From assembly GCA_035559535.1 (NCBI GenBank), contig DATMBG010000058.1, forward strand, positions 186,001-250,000: DNA of 64,000 bases, in the 5' to 3' direction. Below, piece after piece: positions 58,429-64,000 of this stretch; position 1 is the first letter of the stretch; each line of letters starts with the position of its first letter. The position numbers and the translations under genes were made by a program. The notes below the pieces were generated by a model. The model did not search any database, had not been told where the DNA came from, and saw only the letters and a list, made by a program, of their open reading frames with translations. This DNA is from Candidatus Limnocylindrales bacterium. GTDB taxonomy: Bacteria > Moduliflexota > Moduliflexia > Moduliflexales > JAUQPW01.

Positions 58429-59031
58429 CTAAAGAGCTCCACTCAACTTAAGCATAATAATACCCAGGATAATTCCGCTGATGACCGTATAGACGAGAAT
58501 GGAGGTAATAAAGGTTACTTTAGTGGAGATGGCATCATATAAAATACTTCCCAAGGCGATAACCGAAGCCGTAAAAAAAGCCATTCCTGCCCAGGTAAAT
58601 AAAGAACTTCGGAAGGGGAGATTATTGGGATTAAAAACTCCGCCCACGTAAGTGAGCCAGAGACCAATGGCAATAACCAGGAATTTAAAGATAATGGACG
58701 TGAGTAAACTTCGGGTCGTAGGAGCATTTTGGGTAATGGCGCGGCTGATTAAGGAAAATAAAATGAGGACCGATCCGATAAAAAAAGCAATTCCTCCAAA
58801 CCACAGGATCTTTAGGACGGGATTGGTCCGCATGGGGTCAAAGGCACCGCTTTCCCAAAAGAGAAGTTGACTGAGCAGAACCCCGGCTATCATGACAAAA
58901 ATGAAAAGCTTAAGATCCTGAATTTCTACTCTACCCAGCAGGGATCTAAAAAGGACTGCATAGAGGGCCAGAATACTAAACAGCAGAGACAGGGTTCCAA
59001 ACCATTCCAGGAATAGCGGCAAGTTTATCAT
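58429..59031 (-). CDS. Hypothetical polytopic membrane protein with internal duplication
   Basis: About 6 TM; repeated G.F.P...W.G.AFF..SV..L.S....AI unit. Confidence 0.7.
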   Translation of the reverse strand: MINLPLFLEWFGTLSLLFSILALYAVLFRSLLGRVEIQDLKLFIFVMIAGVLLSQLLFWESGAFDPMRTNPVLKILWFGGIAFFIGSVLILFSLISRAITQNAPTTRSLLTSIIFKFLVIAIGLWLTYVGGVFNPNNLPFRSSLFTWAGMAFFTASVIALGSILYDAISTKVTFITSILVYTVISGIILGIIMLKLSGAL

Positions 59032-59098
59032 GTTTTTCTCCTAAATAAGAGTTCTTTACCGACTTAGTGCCATAAGGAAAAACGTTTGTCAAGTAAAT

Positions 59099-60034
59099 TC
59101 AAGATTTCCTATCGAGTCCTTGAGGTCTAAAAATCATCAGAATCATCAGTAAGAGACCAAAGAAAAGCATGCGATACAGGCGAAATTCCCGGAGGATTTC
59201 AGGGAGGATAACCAGGATTCCGGCGCCGATAAGGATTCCGACTAGATTTCCCATTCCACCCAAAATGACCATGCAAAGGATGTTGACCGATTCATAGAAC
59301 AGGAAATTTTCTGGAAACACGGATCGTTGCCAGGAGGCCAGAATACTCCCGCCCATTCCGGCGAAGGATGCTCCTATGGCAAAAGCCTGGAGTTTGGCAA
59401 CGGTTATGTTAATTCCCATGGCCTGTGCCGCGATCTCATCTTCCCGAATGGCCCCCCAGGCCCAGCCGATCCGAGAGTGGTTCAGTCGGTGGGAGACCAG
59501 CAATGTCAGCAAAAGGAATCCCAGAATGAGGTAATAATATTCCAGGTTATGGGTAAATACATAGGGGCCTATTTTAGGCGGATCGATGCTTAAAATGCCG
59601 TTAACCCCATTGGTGATGTTGACAGGCCTATCCAGATTAATAAGCAGGATGTAGGTAATTTCTCCAAATCCAAGGGTTACAATCGCCAGGTAGTCGCCTC
59701 GAAGTCGCAGGGTAGGGGCTCCCAAAAGAATTCCGAAGATAGCCGTTACCAGAACCGTCACCGGTAGGGCTACCCAAAAAGGTAAGTGAATATCAAAGTG
59801 AGGGGAAGCCAGAAAGGCATAAACATAAGAGCCGATACCGTAAAAAGCCACATACCCCAGGTCCAATAGTCCGGCAAATCCTACGACAATATTGAGTCCC
59901 AAGGCCAACATGGCATAAAGCCCAACCCGAGCCAGAACTCCTATCCAATAATCATTGGGTAGGAACAAGGGTAGAATAAGAGCCAGAACCAGGGCTATCC
60001 CAACTTTGAGATAAGGATTCCAGGAGGTTTTCAT
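59099..60034 (-). CDS. livM: Branched-chain amino acid ABC permease
   Basis: GLNIVVGFAGLLDLGY, LRGDYLAIVTLGFGEI. Confidence 0.9.
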   Translation of the reverse strand: MKTSWNPYLKVGIALVLALILPLFLPNDYWIGVLARVGLYAMLALGLNIVVGFAGLLDLGYVAFYGIGSYVYAFLASPHFDIHLPFWVALPVTVLVTAIFGILLGAPTLRLRGDYLAIVTLGFGEITYILLINLDRPVNITNGVNGILSIDPPKIGPYVFTHNLEYYYLILGFLLLTLLVSHRLNHSRIGWAWGAIREDEIAAQAMGINITVAKLQAFAIGASFAGMGGSILASWQRSVFPENFLFYESVNILCMVILGGMGNLVGILIGAGILVILPEILREFRLYRMLFFGLLLMILMIFRPQGLDRKS

Positions 60035-60040
60035 GGTCTT

Positions 60041-60763
60041 CTATTCTTCTCCTAAATAGGCCTTTCGAACGGCTTCGCTTTTTAACAAATTTTCGGCCGT
60101 ATCGTGGAGAATCATCTCCCCATTTTGCAAAACATATCCCCGATGGGCAATGGAAAGGGCCATATTTGCATTCTGTTCTACTAAAAGGATAGTAATACCT
60201 TGCCGATTAATTTCTTGGATCGTCTCAAAGACTTTTTCTACAAAAAGAGGGGATAGTCCCATAGAAGGTTCGTCCATCAAAATCAATCGAGGTCTTGCCA
60301 TCAGAGCTCGACCCATGGCCAGCATCTGTTGTTCTCCGCCGCTGAGGGTTCCTCCCAATTGATTTTCCCGTTCCTTGAGTCGGGGAAACAGCTTATAAAC
60401 CTTTTCCAGGTCTTCTAAGATACTTTGAGGAGGCTCCTTCCGGCGTACAAAGGCCCCTAACTCCAGGTTCTCCCGGACCGTCATCCGAGAGAAGATACGA
60501 CGGGCTTCTGGAACCCGGGCAATTCCCATACTTACAATCTTCTCGGTGGGAAGCCCATCGATCCGCTTACCTTCGAACTCAATGGTTCCCTGAACCGGTT
60601 TGACAATGCCCAAGATTGTTTTCATGGTGGTGGTTTTGCCAGAAGCATTTCCACCCAACAGAGAAACAATCTCACCGGGATAAATATGCAGATTGATCCT
60701 TTTCAGGACCTGGATAGGTCCATAATAGGTTACCACATTGGTGAGATTAAGCATCTTTTCCAA
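60041..60763 (-). CDS. livF: Branched-chain amino acid ABC ATPase
   Basis: LSGGEQQMLAMGRALM, DEPSMGLSP, VEQNA. Confidence 0.92.
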   Translation of the reverse strand: MEKMLNLTNVVTYYGPIQVLKRINLHIYPGEIVSLLGGNASGKTTTMKTILGIVKPVQGTIEFEGKRIDGLPTEKIVSMGIARVPEARRIFSRMTVRENLELGAFVRRKEPPQSILEDLEKVYKLFPRLKERENQLGGTLSGGEQQMLAMGRALMARPRLILMDEPSMGLSPLFVEKVFETIQEINRQGITILLVEQNANMALSIAHRGYVLQNGEMILHDTAENLLKSEAVRKAYLGEE

Positions 60764-61538
60764 GTCCTGCTCTCCTCCCTAAATAAGCTTCAATGACTTT
60801 TTCATTTCGCCGTACTTCTTCAAAAACGCCTTCTGCTATTTTTACTCCGTGATCCAGGGCTATGACATGTTCGCAAATCCCCTTGACAATGGTCATATCG
60901 TGCTCGATGAGCAAAATGGTTATGCCATGGTCTCGGATTTTCTTAATATCCGCCATTAGCTCCCGACTTTCTTGAGGATTCATGCCGGCTGCAGGCTCAT
61001 CGAGGAGAAGCAGAGTGGGATGGGTTGCCAAAGCCCGGGCGATTTCTAACCGACGGCGATTCGCATAAGAGAGCGTCCAGGCCAAATCGTTTCTCTTATC
61101 TATCAGGCGCGTTCCGAAAATTTCTAAGAGCTGGGTCGCTTTCTCTTTGACCTCTTTTTGTTCCCTTTGGGTAGCAGGGGTTCGAAGAATACTTCCCCAA
61201 ATCCCGCTTCGGGTACGGCAATGGAATCCTACCAGTACATTTTCCAGAACGGTCATCTTGTTAAAAAGCCTCTGGTTCTGGAAGGTTCTGGCAATCCCCA
61301 AAGCGGTAATTTGATGGGGCTTTAAGTGTGCCAGATCATAGCGGTTTTCTTTAAAAAAAATGTGCCCCTCTGTAACCGGAAGGAGTCCTGTAATAAGGTT
61401 GAACAGGGTGGTCTTTCCGGACCCATTGGGACCAATAAGACCTACAATTTCCCCCTCTTTCAGGGTAAAGTTTAAGGCATTGATCGCCCGTAATCCCCCA
61501 AAATCTTTGGTCAAGTTTTGTACTTCAAGCAGTGCCAA
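60747..61538 (-). CDS. livG: Branched-chain amino acid ABC ATPase
   Basis: GPNGSGKTT, ARTFQ, DEPAAGMN, IEHDM, EAYLG. Confidence 0.92.
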   Translation of the reverse strand: MALLEVQNLTKDFGGLRAINALNFTLKEGEIVGLIGPNGSGKTTLFNLITGLLPVTEGHIFFKENRYDLAHLKPHQITALGIARTFQNQRLFNKMTVLENVLVGFHCRTRSGIWGSILRTPATQREQKEVKEKATQLLEIFGTRLIDKRNDLAWTLSYANRRRLEIARALATHPTLLLLDEPAAGMNPQESRELMADIKKIRDHGITILLIEHDMTIVKGICEHVIALDHGVKIAEGVFEEVRRNEKVIEAYLGRRAGLGKDA

Positions 61539-61744
61539 TTCTCAGCAAGTTCACCGCAAAAACCCAGGAGACCTGAGAAGGAGCATTAAAAGCGGAGACC
61601 CAGGGGCTCGGAAATTATCCCTGCCTCCCCAGGTCTTTTATATTCTGCTGCAGTTCATAAATGCTGTCTCATTGCAAGAAACGCTAGCAAAGTATTAATC
61701 TCCGCGTCCTGTTTTCTTCGGGTCTTTGCAGTAAAAATGGCCGT

Positions 61745-62692
61745 TTAAATTTTTTTCCACTCGGCCAGGGTTTCTCCTAAAAGGCCGGTTGGTTTAAAGA
61801 TCAAAGTCAGGATCAAAACCACAAAGGTTACCACATCCCGGTAAGCTGGATTTAAAAAAGTGACTCCCAGGCTTTCAATAATTCCCAGGGTCAGTCCTCC
61901 TATCATGGCTCCTTGAATATTTCCGATTCCTCCCAGGACGGCTGCCGTAAAGGCTTTAAGTCCGGCTGAGTAACCCATAAAGAAATCGATCTGGGTATAG
62001 TAAATGCCGATGAGAACGCCGGCTGCACCTCCTAAAGCGGAGCCGATTAAGAACGTCAAGGAGATAATCCGATTGATAGGGATCCCCATAGAGCTTGCCA
62101 TTTCCCGGTCTTCCGCTACAGCTCGCATAGCACGTCCCAGTGTGGTTCTATGAACCAGGTAATAAAGCCCCATCATGATTCCCAACGAGACCAGGGTGAT
62201 AACGATAACAATGGCAGATATATTCACCCCTCCCACCTGAATTCTCCAGGAGGGTGGGAAGAGGAGCCGGCTACTGTAAACCTTCATGCGGGCTCCCTGG
62301 GTAAGCATAACGGCATTTTGTAGGAAGATAGAAGCTCCAATGGCACTGATTAGAGGGGCAAGTCGGGAAGCTCCCCGTTTATAAAGGGGACGATAAGCTA
62401 AAAACTCCAGAGTTACTCCAACAAACGCAGATCCCAGCATGGCGATTCCTAACAACAAGGGGAGAACCCAAATAGGATGGAGAAAGGATAGCTTTAGGGA
62501 CAAAAGCCAGGTGAGAACCCCCCAACCCAGGTAAGCCCCGATCATAAAAACCTCCCCATGGGCAAAATTGATCATGAACAGGATCCCATAAACCATGGTA
62601 TATCCCAGGGCGATCAATCCATACACGCTCCCCAGGGCGAATCCAAAGACCAGTTGTTGGGGAAGAATTTGAAGAGTCTGTTCAAAATTCAT
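61745..62692 (-). CDS. livH: Branched-chain amino acid ABC permease
   Basis: ALGYTMVYG..INFAHGE, KAFTAAVLGGIG. Confidence 0.93.
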   Translation of the reverse strand: MNFEQTLQILPQQLVFGFALGSVYGLIALGYTMVYGILFMINFAHGEVFMIGAYLGWGVLTWLLSLKLSFLHPIWVLPLLLGIAMLGSAFVGVTLEFLAYRPLYKRGASRLAPLISAIGASIFLQNAVMLTQGARMKVYSSRLLFPPSWRIQVGGVNISAIVIVITLVSLGIMMGLYYLVHRTTLGRAMRAVAEDREMASSMGIPINRIISLTFLIGSALGGAAGVLIGIYYTQIDFFMGYSAGLKAFTAAVLGGIGNIQGAMIGGLTLGIIESLGVTFLNPAYRDVVTFVVLILTLIFKPTGLLGETLAEWKKI

Positions 62693-63888
62693 TATTTCAC
62701 CACAATGGTCTTCACCTGCTCAAAGGCATTATTTTTGACCTGGTAAAAGTAAATAACTCCTCCGGCCACATCCCCTTTTTCATCAAAGGAGATGGGAACC
62801 CCCAGAATTCCTCTATAATCCTTTGTGGCACGGACTGCATCCCGGATAGCTGCACGATCGGCCTTACCGACCTTTTGAATAGCCGTCAGGATAATATTTG
62901 CGGCTTCATAAGCCAGAGGACCATAAGAACTTAAAGGTCCGTATTGGGCTTCAAATTTTTTAACAAATTCGGCGGCTTCAGGAACTTTTCTCATATCCGG
63001 AGCCAGAAAACTTACGTAATTTCCCTCTGCAGCTCCTCCGGAAGCCTGAATATAATCCACAGGCTCAAATTGACCATCGGGCCCAATCATACGAACATCC
63101 AGGCCCACCTCCGGCAGTTGCTTAGCCATCAGGGAAGCCTCTGGTGACCATAGGCTGGCATAAATGACCTGTACATCTTTCGGAACGGTTCCCAGTATGG
63201 AACGGAGGTCTTTATCTCCGGCCTTAATAACAAAACGAAAGGTTTGGGCTCCCAACTCTTTAGCTTTTTTCTCGAATTCATCGGCGGCTCCCCGAGGCCC
63301 AGTCGTTCCATCGTCAAAGATAGCAATTTTTTTGGCTTTTAGCTCTTCCACTGCAAAGATAGCCCCTGCAGGACCCTGGGCATCATCCCGTGCACAAACG
63401 CGGTTGACAACCTTCAGGCCTCGATCCGTCACCTTAGGATTGGTACATCCGGGGGAGATCATAACCAGATTGGCAGCCTCAAATTTTTCCGATGCAGGAA
63501 TACAGGTTACACTGGTTATTCCATAAACTACTCCCATGACCGCCGGATCCGCTATGATTTTTTCAGCTGCGGTAACTCCCATTTGGGGATTTCCCTGATC
63601 ATCGGCTTCCAGAACCTCAATCCTGGCTCCCAGTACACCCCCCCGTTCATTCCATTCCTCAGCAGCCAGCTTAACTGCGTTGGCCACCTCTTGCCCCTGT
63701 TTAGCCAGAGGACCTGTCAGGGGAATTCCCACCGCAATCTTAATGACCTCTGTAGCATAAGAAGTTTCTAAAACCAGCGTCATCTGAACAAGAAAGCTTA
63801 AAGCTAAAGCAAGAATCCTTAAAATTCTCGGAGAATTCTGAGTTTTTTTCATGGCTCTTAAAACCATACAGCGTAATGTATAAAACAT
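62692..63888 (-). CDS. Branched-chain amino acid ABC substrate-binding protein (LivJ/K family)
   Basis: PLTGP.A..G, DDQGNP, RDDAQG, FDEKGD; start uncertain. Confidence 0.9.
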   Translation of the reverse strand: MFYTLRCMVLRAMKKTQNSPRILRILALALSFLVQMTLVLETSYATEVIKIAVGIPLTGPLAKQGQEVANAVKLAAEEWNERGGVLGARIEVLEADDQGNPQMGVTAAEKIIADPAVMGVVYGITSVTCIPASEKFEAANLVMISPGCTNPKVTDRGLKVVNRVCARDDAQGPAGAIFAVEELKAKKIAIFDDGTTGPRGAADEFEKKAKELGAQTFRFVIKAGDKDLRSILGTVPKDVQVIYASLWSPEASLMAKQLPEVGLDVRMIGPDGQFEPVDYIQASGGAAEGNYVSFLAPDMRKVPEAAEFVKKFEAQYGPLSSYGPLAYEAANIILTAIQKVGKADRAAIRDAVRATKDYRGILGVPISFDEKGDVAGGVIYFYQVKNNAFEQVKTIVVK

Positions 63889-64000
63889 AGCCTTTAAAAC
63901 CTCCTATTTATGACGCTTTGTTTACTTGGTTTTGCTTGACTTTTAGACGACCCCCCCCGGTTCCTCTCCCACGCTGCGGGCGAGGGGAGTTGAGGAGTTG

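Overview
A 64-kb bacterial chromosomal segment, probably from a diderm (it has an ExbB/TolQ gene, a sigma54 site and a Tat substrate). Most of it is housekeeping and metabolic: acyP (partial), ThiF/MoeB, def, rtcA, DUF362, AlaC-type aminotransferase, histidine kinase, IscS, two enolase-superfamily enzymes, a BMP-type nucleoside ABC system, two sugar-type ABC systems without ATPases, pirin, NUDIX, msrA, fused IOR, guaB, Cld/HemQ, Ppx, peroxiredoxin, mutS and a Liv-type ABC system. I found no rRNA, tRNA, CRISPR array, transposase or reverse transcriptase. Highlights: (1) A 74-codon glutaredoxin-like selenoprotein with two in-frame UGA codons and SECIS-like hairpins, missed by the ORF track (13593-13817). 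(2) A three-gene cluster (8919-13100). Two of its proteins share an unnamed 100-aa N-terminal domain, fused in one to an FBXO11-like beta-helix and in the other to glycine-zipper membrane helices. The third is a membrane-anchored FGE-sulfatase/CLec protein with a DGR-target-like C-terminus. (3) Probable ATT initiation. (4) Candidate structured leaders before exbB/tolQ-mutS, iscS and peroxiredoxin. (5) Several REP-like repeat families, some translated in frame inside genes.
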